DNA from: Mytilus edulis
Taxonomy: Eukaryota
Length of the DNA stretch: 64,000 nucleotides
Assembly: GCF_963676685.1 (NCBI RefSeq)
Contig: NC_092351.1
Coordinates: 52,824,001 to 52,888,000, forward strand
Direction of reading: 5' to 3'
Shown: piece after piece, positions 24,116-38,690 of the stretch
How the letters are laid out: the number at the start of each line of letters is the position of its first letter
Position numbering within the stretch: the stretch's first letter is position 1
The notes under the pieces: generated by a model
Told to the model about the DNA's origin: nothing
Seen by the model: only the letters and a program-made list of their open reading frames with translations
Database searches by the model: none
Translations under genes and position numbers: made by a program

Positions 24116-25485
24116 CAGTCTAGTCAGCTTTTGTTGTATGTTGTTGTTGGTTAATTATATAATGGCAATGATATGTTTCGTTTTAGTCCAAATAACTGTA
24201 CATTCTAATATTGTTTAAAATCCCAATAATCATGATAATAGGATTGTTACTAAAGAAAAAAAACCATATAAATAACAAACTGAACGACCAAAAACAATCT
24301 CAAGAATATGAAATTCTATCAGTAAAATTCTATAAATAATAAAGTCAACTATCAGCATGATCAGTAGAACTTTTCTTAGAGTAAATTTAGTGCATTTCCC
24401 CCAAAAAGTATCCACATGTACATGTATATTAGCAACATTAACATGATTAAACAGCATTATGACTAAAATGTTTTTACATCATGTACATAAAAGGTTTAAT
24501 TTTTTATCACCAAAAAAAAAAAGAAGAGAGAAACAAATAATGACAATCTAGAGCATGTTTAGTCATTGCTTGAATAGGTTATTTAATTAATGATTATACC
24601 TTAACCCTTACCATGCGACAGCGTTGATCGTCATATGACGGGCATACCCAAACCGCCGTTATTTAGCTCCAATGACGTTCCATACTTTTAGAAGTCCACT
24701 TTATGTTACTTATTTAAAAAGTTATCCATGTTCTGTCAAACTGAGGCTATCCATATTAATGTTTCTCGTCTATAAGTAGCATTTTGAGCACAAATCATGC
24801 AAATACAGACTTGGAAAATTGAATTGGCCAAAACTCGGTTTTCTGGAAGGTTGGAGTTCACATACATGTGTCTTACACAGGAAGTTCAGAGGCATAAGAC
24901 TTGCAAAATTAGTGCAAACCCACAACCATATAACTACTGATCGTTATTATTATTATTTTTTTCGGGTCCATTTGAAGTAAAAAAGCAGAAAAAATCGTGA
25001 ATTTCAGTATTTTTGGTCCAAATAACCTTCTGTAGACTGCTGAACCAAGATCAGATTCACTCCCACCTAACAACTATTGGAGTCAATTTGTTAACTAGGG
25101 TCCACTCTACATGCAGGCTACAGCTGGAAACCCTTATCAGCATTTCTGGGTCAAGAGAAAGGACGAAAAATCGTCAAAATTGACGCTTTTTGCACCTGAT
25201 GACCAACTTTGGGGCAAATTTCCACCCACCTACCCTACACAGGCTTATATAGTAGTGGTCAGACAAAAAAGTCACTCAGCTGTGAAAAAGGCGTGCAGCC
25301 TTGACATAAAGTAAAGGTTCACTTATTAACCCTCGAACCCCTTTGACTTCATCATATAATGCACCTTATCCTTCACATCATAAATGATGCTTGGATAAGG
25401 TAACATTATTATCAACAAAAAAAAGTATTCATGAAATTGAAATAGACATGATTGAAAAGCAGAATTTAAAAAAAAAGAAGATGTA

Positions 25486-25639
25486 CAGTCTGCACAGAAA
25501 ACTTTTTCATCTACTAGTCCGGAAACTAAATATCAAAATTTGTCCCTTTATGACTATATAAAATTTTGAAAGTTTTTACTGGTCGAAATCAATAATTGCT
25601 AGTCTAGGGCATCGGACTAGTGGCTAACCGTGCAGACTG
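25486..25639. mobile_element. Small CAGTCTGCAC-terminal MITE, 6-bp TSD
   Basis: GATGTA|CAGTCTGCAC ... GTGCAGACTG|GATGTA. Confidence 0.65.
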
Positions 25640-26883
25640 GATGTACAAAAATGTATAATTTTTGTTCTAAAATCAGTATAGTGCCTGTTTTGTGCTTCTG
25701 AACTTCCGAAAATCAGTGTGCACATATGATCATGATGATTACGCAATGTTGACCTTTTTCAATGCACACCAGGCCATGCTTTCATAAAAATGTTGATAAA
25801 ACCTGTTTTGATCTCCCAAAACCTGGGAATTTACAGGGTTTTAGAAGAAAAAACTATGTGTTTAATAAGATTAATTGGAGAAAAATAAAATATAGAAAAT
25901 AAAATAAAAATCTTACAAAACTTATACTTTCAAAAGTAAATACAAATAATTTATTTTAAAATATTACCTCTGACTGAAGGTAGAAAGCTCCTGTTTGTAA
26001 TAATTCTGATAATGTTTTTAAAAACTGATTTCAAAATATTAATTTTAAGACTGTAAAGATGGACATGATGGATTTTTAACTTTAAAAAAAAAATCACTAT
26101 TTGAAATTGTTTTAACTTACCAAAATTTGTTGTAACTCACTTCCTATTTGATTAGACAAAAGTACTCATTAAAAAACATGTTTATGCTATAAATTATTTA
26201 TCAGTTTTGTTTTGATTCTTGAGTTTTGGGGAATTTATTGATTTCATTATTTATAGAATGACCAACACTTCTTCCAAGGCTAACAAGAATTCCTTAGAGC
26301 TTAATGATGAAGTTCAGGATTAGATGTAATGAAATAATTGAATGTAGTTGAGGATTATTGAATTCCTTAATGTTGATGGCATTGTTTTCTAAATGTCAAG
26401 AAAAACTTAACATGCTTAATGTCTAAAAGGAGTTGATTGTCCTGATAAGAATTTATTCTTGAATCATCCCTACATCAAACATGAAGTTAAGATTACTATT
26501 GGCCATTTAAGGGTGCTGCTTTTAACATTTGTAATGACAGTTTTTTCTCAATAAGCATGATAAGGATAATTTATAAAAAATATTAAGCCCTCCTGAAATA
26601 CTGCAAACATGTATGCTTACATCAAAAGAGACCTGAAGCAGGTTTTAAACATTTTTTTTTTTAAATGATATTTTTTAAATATTTGTTTCTGTATTAACTA
26701 CATATATATATATATTAGAATACATTGGGTAATTTCATGGTAGAAAATCATTTTTGACTGTCCCTTTGGTATCTTTCGTCCCTCTTTTAAACATGTTAAA
26801 TATGAAACTTAAAACACATTTTTTTTTTATATTTTCAGAACCATAACTGTTTTACTTGAAGTTTTAAAACACACAGTAGTAGA

Positions 26884-29800
26884 ATGGATGGTATTATGCC
26901 AAGAGATTCTTTGTTCCAGCTTCGTGATATGTTCGTGGCACCGGACCAAGGAGATGATTCTGACAGTGACATTGATGATTCAGTAAGAATGGAAAATAAA
27001 ATATATAGTACAAAAAGTACATTTTATACAATAGTTCATTTATTATACCCCATGTAACGAAGTTGGGAAGAGTATAATGTTTTTGACCCATCCATCTGTC
27101 TGTCTGTCCGTCAGTCCTATTTCTTTTCAGTTCAACTCCTCTCATACCACACAACAGAATTTCATGAAACTTTTTTAGATAATAAGGACATACTTATATA
27201 ATGTAGATGTGCACATGGAAAGGAAATAACGATTCAATTTTTTTCTAGGAGTCACAATTACCTAAGAATTATAATGAGTCTACAGTACTAAATTAAGTAT
27301 TTACAGTTTTCATCAGACAGACATGTAAACCTCTCATATTAAAGGTTGTTATTTTAACCTTCTTCAGATGATGAATATAGTAATCAAATATAATCATGTG
27401 ATAATTCAGAAAAGATTGCTTTCGTTTTTGTCATTTTCGGATTAAATGCAATTTTAATTTTTCGATATTGAGAAAAATCCTGTAAAATTCATATAAAATA
27501 TTTCGAAATGCGAGTTTAAATTATTGCGTTTACAACTCTGTCGCATTTTACACAATATAAAAACCTCGCAATAATTTCTGAATTTAAAGTATGTAATAAA
27601 TTTGAATTAGGAGCTATAGTTAATGTTTAAAAATCTGAAAACCACTTCAAAGTTCATGTTGGACAACAAATTGATTGACCTTCATGACCTTCCTGACTTT
27701 TTTGAGGGGTTAGGACTGCTTGTGTTTGAGAAAACTGCATATTTTATCATGACAGTCTTTCATGAGAAAATTCCTGCAATTATAAGATAATCTTTATTAA
27801 CTGACATGCATTTATTTTTTATAAAGTATGTATAAAGTTTGCAGTTTTAAATTTAAATGCTAATTTTTAACCAGTAGGTGGAGTGAACAAATAATTATAT
27901 GCTTGTATGAAGTCAATAAAAAGTTAAAAACATTATATCATGAAGTGAATGCCTATTAATAATTCATATCAATTTTTTTTAGCCAATTGGTGGAGTGAAC
28001 AAATTAGGCCCAGGAGACCTTGGACCACAGAAGAAAGAAGCAGCACCAAAAGGAATAGGTACAAGTCATTAACTGAAATGTTTATTTTTATGCACCACCT
28101 ATGATAGTAGAGGGGCATTATGTTTTCTTGTCCATCCGTCCCCTGGTCTGTTCTGTCCCGCTTCCGGTTAAGGTTTCGGTCAAGGTAGTTTTTTGATGAA
28201 GTTGAAGTCCAATCAACTTGAAACTTTGTACAGATGTTCCCTATAATATGATCTTTCTAATTGTAATGCCAAATTAGAGTTTTTATCCCAATTTCAGGGT
28301 CCACTGGACATAAAAAATGATAGTGCAAGATCCATGTACTAGGGACACATTCTTGTTAAGGTTTATAATAGACCTATGATGATCTCTTCAAAGTGTAATC
28401 AAGGTCACTAAGTGGAAATTAGAAAATAGCATAAGATATTGATAATAATTCGATGAATATTGCAAAATATCAAACTACAGTGAAACCTGTCCAAACTGAA
28501 CACCCACGGGACTTTGCGTTTTGTTCGGTTTTCCCAGGTGTTCGGACACCAAAATAGTTTTGGCACTTACTGACAAGGGATAATAGGTGACACAACAGAC
28601 GACAATTTATTTTTGTGTTGATTTAGATGTTAATGTAAGAAAATATAAGTAGATGAAGATAGGCGTATTGCTTCATTTTTGTTAATAAATCAAACGCCAC
28701 TCCGTCAATCACGCTCGCCGTTGTGAGATGTCCGACATGGAGGGATTTTGCTTTTGATAATAATTTTCTCATCTATAATTCACTGACTAATTCAGACTCC
28801 CAGTCGCTGTCAAATGACGATTCCGTAGTTTAATCGAGATCATCATTGTACACATGAGTTCTCGGACTAAACTGGCTGATTGATACTTCACCACACGATA
28901 AGAGTGAAACAACAGCAGGGGTCCAGTTTATTCTTGGACTTTATCGTTGCTAAATAGCTAACAGAAGTCTTTGGAACATCCTATTCAAATGTATAGGGCA
29001 TCTAAAGGGGAATCCGACAATAGAAAGCCATTGACCTTGTTGTGTTGCACACCTTCTTAATCCAGTGAAAAGCTTTAAAACTATTATTTAATTAAACAGT
29101 TTAGCTACAAAATGGCAGTTACGATTTTGTGGCCGTAATTATTTGAGTAACGTGCATTTAATTCTTTCCTTGTCATTATCGGCCATGGCGGTAGCTTACC
29201 AGTTAAACGTTTCTTTACAAAAAAATTACTTTAGACATGAACACAAACTTAATTTTTAAAGACAAATTTACTAGCAAGCCTTTAAAAAGCGTTCGGAATT
29301 CGATGTTGACAGGATTGGGTTTTATCAGGTTAGATTAACGTTAATTGATAGGGAAATATTTCGGGACTTTGAAAATTGTTCGGTTTAAACTGAAATTTGG
29401 TTTTCTCAGGGTTCGGTTTACCCAGGTTTCACTGTATAAGAATACTGTCCAAGGCAACGGTTTAATCTTGCCAAATCATACAAAATAACTGACCCCTAAT
29501 TATTATTGTCATAACACTGTGAATAATAGGCACAAGTTTTTTTTTGTGAATCTCTGTTGATGGTGATTATTCGATTTGTATTTAGAATCTACAAATTTAC
29601 AAAAAATTGTATTCTAAAATAATTTTGTAACATGTCAACATCGTTTAATCTTTTTTAAGCAGTGTTAAATTCCAAATTCTATAAAATAATGTTTTTTCAC
29701 TAATATAGTATATAAAGTCTTAATAAATGATGAGTTGCATAATTTGGAATTGTTAACTATAATTGGTAACATGCATTTATCATTGTTTATATATATAAAT

Positions 29801-32800
29801 ATATATAGTTATGGATGTACTTAGGTGAAGTTTTGGAATTTGTTTCAGATGTTTGGACTCCTTGATGTTTTTCCATAAGATACAATATAAAGTATTGGGC
29901 CCCAAAACACCTATTTCTCTTTTAATATAAAATTGAGAATAGCTCATTTGACAAAATTTAAGCAAATTCTTTATTTTCTTTCGTTGGATTTGAGACCCAA
30001 ATAATACCAATGCAAATATAAGGTAAAAGCCTTTTCCCGCCATATTTTATAAATTAAAATATCTCGAAAAGGAGCTCCATGACCTATCAATAATTTTAGG
30101 CTTATTTTATCCTCAACTAATACTCTTTCAGCTTAAAGTATCAATTTTAGATTCTTGATTTATTTAATTTCATCTAAGATCACCTAAGTATATCCTTAAG
30201 ATTTCCAGGTCAGTTTGTTCTTTCATACTCTGTCTTCACTTATTTTTTTATAAGGCCAAATAAAAAAGTATTGGTGGTTCCAGTTACATCTGAAAAAAAG
30301 TTAGGGTAGGTAGGTAGAGATTTTTTTTTATTTTATGTTCTTTTTTTACATTGAGTCTATGGGAGCAACATTCTGACTTTAACAGTGCTTAATGAAAAAT
30401 GACAATAAAATCTTTAGGGTAGGCTTTTTTTAAACCGAAAAAGTAGGGACGGTAGGGTTACTGGAACCACACATATATTTTTATTTGGCCTAACCAAAAT
30501 AAATACGATGACTTTACTGCTGATGTTCTATTATTGTAAATTTTATATTCCAGAGAAGACACAGAAGAAGAAAACAAAAGATATTTGGGACGATGATGAA
30601 GTGGTGGAGGGATCAGAGTATGACACAATATATGACCCACGACCTCAACCAGAGTAAGGAATGAGAAATATACAATTGGAGATAACTTGCACAAAACACA
30701 TTACTGTGGATTCATTTATTTTCGTGGGTATCAATTTTCTCGATTTGAAAAAAAACTTGCAGTTTCGTGGATATTTGATTTCGTGGTTTTGTCTCTGGAT
30801 GCAGAACCTATAGAAAATTTGGACATCGTTGAATATTTGAATATTTGAATTCATGGTTAAACTGTAGCCACGAAACCCATGACAATTGGTATCCAAGAAA
30901 TAATAATGAAACCACAGTATATAGATCTCATCATCATGTTATTATTTCATGTAACTTTTAACCAGCTTTTGGAATCCTACAATACATTTGGGTCAAATGT
31001 AAGAAAGCTAACTTTTAAAACATTTGCTGAGACTTTCACTCTGACAATAAACATGATAAATAAAATGAAATTTGAATAATCCAGACAATCACTTATTGTC
31101 CCAACATTGCAATAACAAATCACCTCACCCAATATGAATTTTATTGACCCGATTAATTCTCATATTAGGACAATTGCACACTGTGTGACTTATATAAGTA
31201 ATTTAACTAAAGGAGATAACTATTGTGAAAATCAGTAATTGAACCCAGGGAGATAATTATTGTTAATATAAGTAATTTAACAAAGGGAGATAACTATTGT
31301 GAATATAAGTAATTTTACCAAGGGAGATAATTATTGTAAGTAATTCAGCCAAGGGAGAATATTTTTTGTAAATATTAGAAATTTAACCAAGGGTGATAAT
31401 TTTTGTGAATATGAGCAATTTAACCAAGGGAGATAATTATTGTTATTATTAGTAATTTAACGAAGGGGGATAGTTATTGTTAATATTAGTAATTTTATCT
31501 AGGGAGATAATTCATTATCAAATTTTGTTTTTTTACAGTTATGATATTATTTACAAACAAGCAATAACCTCAGAAGACATGTTTCTACAGATGGGAAATA
31601 AAAACAATGCCACTGCTAGCTGTGAAGATATGGTTGTAAGTGTAAAAAAGAAATGCTTAAAACATTTATATTTTCATGAAATAAATTTAAAAAAAACTAT
31701 GTCTTTAACCTACATTCCAGAAATGAGAGCTATGTTGCAATCACCTATGAGTTTGTCCAGCCATTGTCAAACAAACCATTTCTTGACAATTTTCTCAAAC
31801 TACCATCTGAATTGGCAGGGTTAAATAATCGATTGTTTTGTTTTATTGTATGACATGTCAGACATCTTCTTCCTGTTTGCTTATTCTTTGAATATTTTAG
31901 TTAATCGCTATTCTACGAAGTTTTTCTTTGGTCTTGTTGACTGATAATTTCGTTTCTCAGTGGAGCCGAGTGATATGAAAAATTTATCGCTTAAAACTAA
32001 GGGAGCATGTGGCGTTGCTTATGAAATTGACATGAAATTGATGTCATAGGTAATGTAGCGTTAAACATATTATCATTGGTCATCTCAACTCGATCGCTTC
32101 TCTCACTTTTGCAGTACATTTTTTTGTACCGGCTCAAGCGAAAAAATCAATCTTGTTGAGAAGATCAATGATAATCTATAAATATTGATTGATCGATCTT
32201 GAGGTTTTTTGTCACACATTCTTCTGGTATGTACTAAACTTAAGATATTCATATTTGTTCATCAGCTTGACCTTGGTCAGTTATTATGTTTTGCATCTGT
32301 GGGACATTTAGTTTCTGTTGGAAGTTACTTTGAATTTTTCAATGTTGAATGGAGCATACATTTTTCATCAAACTTTTCTCTAAAACATCTCAATATAATA
32401 ACTTCAATTTTCTATATGTTGAATGGATCAAACATTTTTAATCACTCTTTTCTCTAAAACTACTCAACAGAATACCTTCATATTTGATTAGCAGCTTGAA
32501 GATGATGGTTTGGAAGGAATGAGCAAAATACATTAATTCCTTCACAGATAAAGTATTTGAGTTATCTCCCATAGACTAAGAAAATCTTCTTTTTTTCCTT
32601 ATCACTTTTTAAAATTTATTATTAATGTCTACTTTTATCATGTTAATTGTTCTAATCAAAAGCGTTCTTAATGACTTGTTATAATTAGACCTTTCTACTT
32701 TCAGGTGAAAATAGAACTACCAGGCACCAAAGGTTCTGATATAGAATTAGACGTCAAATCTAAATTTTTAGATTGTAGAACACCCAGAAGGTAAAGTTTG

Positions 32801-35667
32801 TAATTTTATTGTCGAGCCTGCAACTTTTGTTGCAGAAAGCTCGACATAGGGATAGTGATCCGGCTACGGTGACGGTGGCGTTAGCTTACTTCTTTAAAGC
32901 TTTATATTTTAGAAGGTAGAAGACCTGGATGCTTCATACTTTGTATATAGATGCCTCATGTTACGAACTTTCCGTCAGTCACATGTCCAATGTCCTTGAC
33001 CTCATTTTCATGGTTCAGTGACTCCTTGAAAAAAAAGTTAATATTTTTTGTAACGTTAAATTCTCTCTTATTATAAGTAATTGGATAACTATATTTGGTA
33101 TGTGCGTACCTTGCAAGGTCCTCATGCCCGTCAGACAGTTTTCACTTGACCTCGACCTCATTTCATGGATCAGTGAACGAGGTTAAGTTTTGGTGGTCAA
33201 GTCCATATCTCAGATACTATAAGCAATAGGTCTAGTATATTCGGTGTATGGAAGGACTGTTAGGTGTACATGTCCAACTGGCAGGTGTCATCTGACCTTG
33301 ACCTCATTTTCATGGTTTAGTGGTTACAGTTAAGTTTTTATGTTTTGGTCTGTTTTTCTTATACTATATGCAATAGGTCTACTATATTTGGTGTATGGAA
33401 TGATTGTAAGGTGTACATGTCTAGCTGACAGGTGTCATCTGACCTTGACCTCATTTTCATGGTTCAGTGGTCAAAGTTAAGTTTTTGAGTTTTGGTCTAT
33501 TTTTCTAATACGTTATGCATTAGGTCAACTATATTTGGTGTATGGAAATATTTTATGATCTATATGTCTGTTACGCAGGTTTTATTTGACCTTGACCTCA
33601 TTTTCACGGTCCATTGCTAAGTGTTAAGTGTTTGTGTTTTGGTCTGTTTTTCTTAATTTATAAGCAATAATTCAACTATATTTGTTGTATTGATGAATTG
33701 TTAGCTGTACATGTCTGCTCGGCATGGTTCATCTGACCTTGACCTCATTTCATGGTTCATTGATCCATGTTTCGTTTTCTTGGTTAATGTTGAGTTTATG
33801 TGACAGTTGTAATAAAGCTTTATATTTAGGTCTATCAACATAATATCAATGATTAGTAAAGAAGGCGAGACATTTCAGCGTGTGCACTCTTGTTTTAGAC
33901 AGTTGGGCCTAATTTGTTTTGAAAGGTTCAATATCAAGTAAAAAGCATGAGATTTTAAGCAAACAGCAATCTAGTATTAAATTGAGAATTAAACCAAAAT
34001 CTTGACAGTGCCACTTCACTAAACTGTGGAAATTTGTAAATAGTCAAAATCAAATGTATGGCAACTATGGATTCATTTTTTGCTCACCTGACCTGAAAGG
34101 TCAAGTGAGCTTTTCTCATCATTTGGCGTCTGTCGGCGTCTGGCATCTGTAAACTTTTACAAAATTCTTCTCCTCTGAAACTACTGGGCCAAATTTAACC
34201 AAACTTAGCCATAATCATCAGTGGTGTATCTAGTTTAAAAAATATGTCTGATGACCCTGCCTACCAACCATAAAAGCAATAATGTTCAGCCAAGTAAGAT
34301 CTACAAATAAGTCAAATGACCAAAATTGTCAGTTGACCCCTTAAGGAGTTATTGCCTTTTATAGTCGATATTTAACAACTTTTCATCATTTTTTGTAATC
34401 TTGTACAAAAATCTTCTTCTCTGAAACTACTGGGCCAAATCTAACCAAACTTGGTCACAATCAATTCTAAACTATCTTGGTTAAAAATGTGTCCAGTGAC
34501 CCTGTCTGCCAACCAAGATGGCTGATATTACTAAAAATAGAACAAAGGGGTAAAATGCAGTTTTTGGCGTATATCACTGAAACTAAAGCATTTAGAGCAA
34601 ATCTTACATGGGTTAAAAATGTTCATCAGATTTCAGAAGAATCTGACAACATATTGTTTGGGTTGCTGCCCCTGAGTTAGTAATTTTACAAAAAAAATGC
34701 ATTTTTTATGTCCCACCTAAGATAGTAGATGGACATTATGTTTTCTGGTCTCTGCGTCCGTTTGTTTGTTCTTACGTCCGTCTGTCCTTCTGTCTGTCCA
34801 TTCGTCCCGCTTCAGGTTTAAGTTTTTGGTCAAGGTAGTTTTGGATGAAGTTGAAGTGCAATCAACTTGAAACTCAGCACACATGTGCCCTATGATATGA
34901 TCTGTCTAATTTTAATGCCAAATTAGTGTTTTGACCCCAATTTGATGGTTCACTGAACATAAAAAATGATAGTGCAAATTTCAGGTAAGAGTTTTTGGTC
35001 AAGGTAGTTTTTGATGAAGTTGAAGTCTGATTAACTTGAAACTTAGTATACATGTTCCCTATGATATGATCCTTCTGATTTATATGCCAAATTAGAGTTT
35101 TAACCCCAATTTCACGGTCCACTAAACACAGAAAATGATAGTGCGAGTGGGGCATCTGTGTAGTATGGACACATTTTTGTTTGGTATTGTCTTAGATATC
35201 GTTACAATACCAAATAAAATCCAATATTTACTACTATTGATTATAATGTTAACCTTATTTTACATGAATTCCAAAGCATTAGTAAATCCAGGTGAGCGAT
35301 GCAGGCTCTTTTCGTTTGTACAAATTATCACGGATATTTGAATTCATGGTTTTGCCAATGTCTGCATACAACCTGATAAAAATTTGTAATTCGTTGAATA
35401 TTTAAATTCCACGAAAAATTTATAAACTAACAGTAACAGACAATGAATCAGATCTTTGCAAAATGGAGATAGATTCCTTAATTCCTTAATTTAAGATGGT
35501 TCCATAATAATAGGTTAATACTTCATTTATTTTTTTCCAGTAAACTAGGACTACATCTTCCACATCCGGTTGACCACAAGGCAGGGAAAGCACAATGGGA
35601 TGCTGACAAACAAGTATTAACTGTCACATTACGGATGGTCAGAGATTATGATGATTTTAATTTTTGA
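26884..35667 (+). CDS. DNAAF6: Dynein axonemal assembly factor 6 (PIH1D3/Twister) orthologue, 6 coding exons, 194 aa
   Basis: Exons 26884-26982, 27983-28058, 30554-30653, 31539-31635, 32705-32790 and 35541-35667. All introns are GT-AG and phase-compatible (585 nt total). Translation: MDGIMPRDSLFQLRDMF...LGPGDLGP...KDIWDDDEVVEGSEYDTIYDPRPQPDYDIIYKQAITSEDMFLQMGNKNNATASCEDMVVKIELPG...LDCRTPRSKLGLHLPHPVDHKAGKAQWDADKQVLTVTLRMVRDYDDFNF*, which matches the recognised PIH1D3 motifs. Confidence 0.92.
28478..29434. mobile_element. Tc1/mariner (pogo/Tigger-type) MITE in a DNAAF6 intron
   Basis: TA|CAGTGAAACCTG ... CAGGTTTCACTG|TA. Confidence 0.78.
30254..30490. mobile_element. GGCCAAA-terminal MITE, TAA TSD
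   Basis: TAA|GGCCAAATAAAAA..GTGGTTCCAGT ... ACTGGAACCAC..TTTTATTTGGCC|TAA. Confidence 0.72.
30704..30917. mobile_element. TA-TSD MITE (mariner-type)
   Basis: TA|CTGTGGATTCATT ... AATGAAACCACAG|TA. Confidence 0.65.
31195..31512. repeat. Degenerate ~36-bp tandem repeat upstream of a DNAAF6 exon
   Basis: About 9 copies of AATTTAACCAAGGGAGATAATTATTGTGAATATAAGT. Confidence 0.8.
32806..33893. mobile_element. Helentron-type (HINE/pearl-like) non-autonomous element with internal ~146-bp tandem array
   Basis: Inserted in a T-run. 5' subterminal inverted motif GTCGAGC..GCTCGAC, a short GGTGAC/GGCG microsatellite, 5-6 repeats carrying TGACCTTGACCTCATTTTCATGG, and a 3' end GGCGAGACATTTCAGCGTGTGCACTCTTGTT. 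Confidence 0.65.
34704..35182. mobile_element. HINE-like repeat (other copies at ~28086-28356 and ~44106-44398)
   Basis: TTTTATG.CCC...CATTATGTTTTCTGGTC, a (GTCC/GTTC)n microsatellite, two ~152-bp core repeats, and a ...GGGGCAT..GTGTA...GGACACATT.TTGTT end shared among the three copies. It is nested in another HINE-like element starting at ~34078. Confidence 0.65.
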
Positions 35668-36131
35668 TCTTGTCAAAGTTTACAATGTTTTAACTTGTTA
35701 CATGTAAATCAGAGGTTCAGTTTTTTCCTCTATTTAAAAAAGGGGGAAAGCCTGTATTTGACCAAATACTAAAGACTAAAATTCAATTTGTGTCAAGTTT
35801 TTGTTTTATCATAAAATCTTTGGTAAATGAATGGTCTTTTTCATTTAGAAATTCTTAGTTCTTAATAAATCATCTTGTTGATGCAATATTAAAATCGAAT
35901 GATGACAATAAAAAGACTCCATCAATGAAATTTGATAAATGGCAGGTTTTATTTTTATTTTTATCAACTTTTTGTTAAATGAATTGACTATTTTAGATAC
36001 TGTAGGTTTCTCAATCAATCATCCACCAGTAGTTAATGGAATATTTCAATAATGTTTATTGTTTAAGCTTGTTATTGTTAAAGCATGCATTATATTTTAA
36101 AGGCAATTTCATGTGTTTTTTCTGGTGCATT

Positions 36132-36273
36132 CAGTGGTGGATCTAGAAAATGCCTAAGAGGGGGTCCGATCCTGTCACGCTTCAGTGATTCCCTATATAA
36201 CCAATCAAATTTTTTTTGAAAAAGGGGGGGGCCTGGGCTCCCTGGGCCCTCCCCCCCCCTAAATCCGCCTCGG
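36132..36273. mobile_element. CAGTGG(C/T)GGATC-terminal MITE, 5-bp TSD
   Basis: TSD GCATT (36127-36131 / 36274-36278). Confidence 0.7.
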
Positions 36274-38690
36274 GCATTTGTAATATATTTTTTTTAAATT
36301 GGAAATTCTTTGATTAGTTATTTCATAAGAATGATTAGAATTATCAAATTTTGATAATTGAAAATATTGCATATACATTTGTACATGTACACTAAATTGA
36401 CTAATATAAGATTTAAATGGAAACTCTTAATTTTCTGAGTTTTTAACCAGTTATTGTGTTATGGGTCTTTTTTTTTCTAAAAAAATAATCAAATGTTTTA
36501 TTTTTCTTAATAGAGTCTTTTTTTTCCAAATTAGAAGATTATTTGGATGAATCTTTAATATCTGTATATTAAACATTTAGTAGCTGGTGAACACTGAGGT
36601 GAATTCAATTCCCAACACATGTGTTTAACTGCAATCTTATTATAAACTGGCATTGCCAGTTTTCTTGTGGTTCTCAATGGGCATACTGGGGAAATCAACG
36701 AAAACTGACCACCTCGATAAAACCAAAAATGCTAAAAGTGGTGTCAAACACCAAAGATAAATCAATCCATCATTCAATCATTGAACATTTATACTTTTTT
36801 CATGAAAAAAGGAATTTACATAAATTCATTTTATAACATTTGATCATATTGAATAAATCATTCCATCAACAGAAAATGACATTCCGTCCAATCTATATGA
36901 AATTCCATCCAACCTATATGAAATGTATTTTTATATATTTATTTGTATTTTACATTTATTTATGTTTGAAAATAAATTTATTAATTTCATTTGTATTGTG
37001 TAGTTCAAATTTAAATTTATGCATGTAATCCAACACAAAACAAACTAGCTGTTACATGTGTTAGTGCAAAAGGTCATTTGTTTGATATAGTCTCAGAAAA
37101 CACTGTAAAAATGGTACATAACTACTTCTTTACTCAAATAGTAGGTGGAACTTTAGGAGTTAACTTCATGAGGTCAAAATAATTATTTGGTTTGAATGGA
37201 TTTGGTGAAATTTATTTATGCAGACTTTCATCTTGTAAGATATTAGGTGTTGTGCTCTACTCAAATCTTAATTGTCTACGCTATTTCATTTTCCTGCTGT
37301 AGGTCAGTGGTTATCTCTGGGTGCTCCTGCTTCCGCAACCTATAAAAGTTATTAATATTTTTGGGTTCTTAAAATCCATTTGATATTTGGGAATGGATGT
37401 TAAAACATCTATTTATAAATATCTTGTACAAATGTTTTAAGCATAAAAAGGGTAAAAAGGATTAACAAAAATATTGGACTGTACAAGTAACCATAAAAAT
37501 AGCCAACACTTGACTGCTCCAAGAAAGACATACAATGGAGTCAAAAAGTAACAAACAATACAGGTACAGATTCATCATGTGGTAGGGTCTTACCAGTTTT
37601 TATGCCCATGCTTTGTCCATCTATAGACCAATTTAGTTTCATGGATTGTTTAGTTATAAGTCAGGCATATGCTTTTCTGCTTGTACTCTGGCAACTGAAA
37701 GTTGGGGGGCATATTGTCTTACCTATGTCCGTCCGTCTGTCCCATAAAGTGTATATAGTTATTTCACATAACTCCTCCTATTATACAGTTTGAATCCTAT
37801 GAAGTTTTCACTTTGCTGTCTGTTTGTACATATATTATTGAAATTGTGCATGTGGTCAAGTTTTATATTTTTATCGATATTTGCTCTTTTGGGAGATAGT
37901 TGAATTTAGTCATTTTTTGGAGTACTTACTTGCATAAGAGGAGTGTTTCCAGATAACTTCCACAGTTCAATGCTATGAAGTTTTCACTTTGCTGGCTGTT
38001 TAAACATATATTGAAGGTGTGCATGTGGTCAGGGTTTTGCTTTTTATCAATATTTGAACTTTTGGGGTATAAGCAGTTAACTGTTATAGTTATTTTAGAA
38101 TAAAACTTTGCATCTGCAGGAGCATCAATTGTGTCTCTCACATATAATAATATCAAAGAAAGTCCTACACTGACTTTGTTATAATACAGTTACTTCAGTG
38201 TGGAGTGCAGGGGCATCACTTTGTCTAGTTTGAATTGTTTTTCATTTTTTAATGGCAGATCTTCTATAGATGACTATACCGTGTTGGTTTTGGTCATTGT
38301 TGAAGACTACGTTTATCTATAGTTGTATGCATTTGCGTGATTTGGTCTTTGGCGAATAGTTGTCTTATTGACAACTAATATTATTACCAGATCACACGTT
38401 TATACATATGTTGATTAAAGGTAAACAGTCCAGCTAAATTGTAACTGTTGAACCGACTGATTAGAAAACATATATAAATATATATATTCATAGGTATGTC
38501 AGACACCCTGGAATCCTTCAAAAGTGGCATATCCACTCTAACATTTGAAGGATCCACAGCAACTTATTAAACTTTAAAGCCACTGTACATAATGTATATA
38601 TGTTATTGATAACGATTTTTCTTGTCATATTATTTTTAAATTAAGTCCATATGTACATAGCACACAAGTTCCGGGAAGTTTTACACTCCT

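Noticed and set aside
24601-25321. piggyBac-like end TTAA|CCCTTACCATGC
   Set aside because: The matching right TIR and TTAA are too degenerate to define the element.
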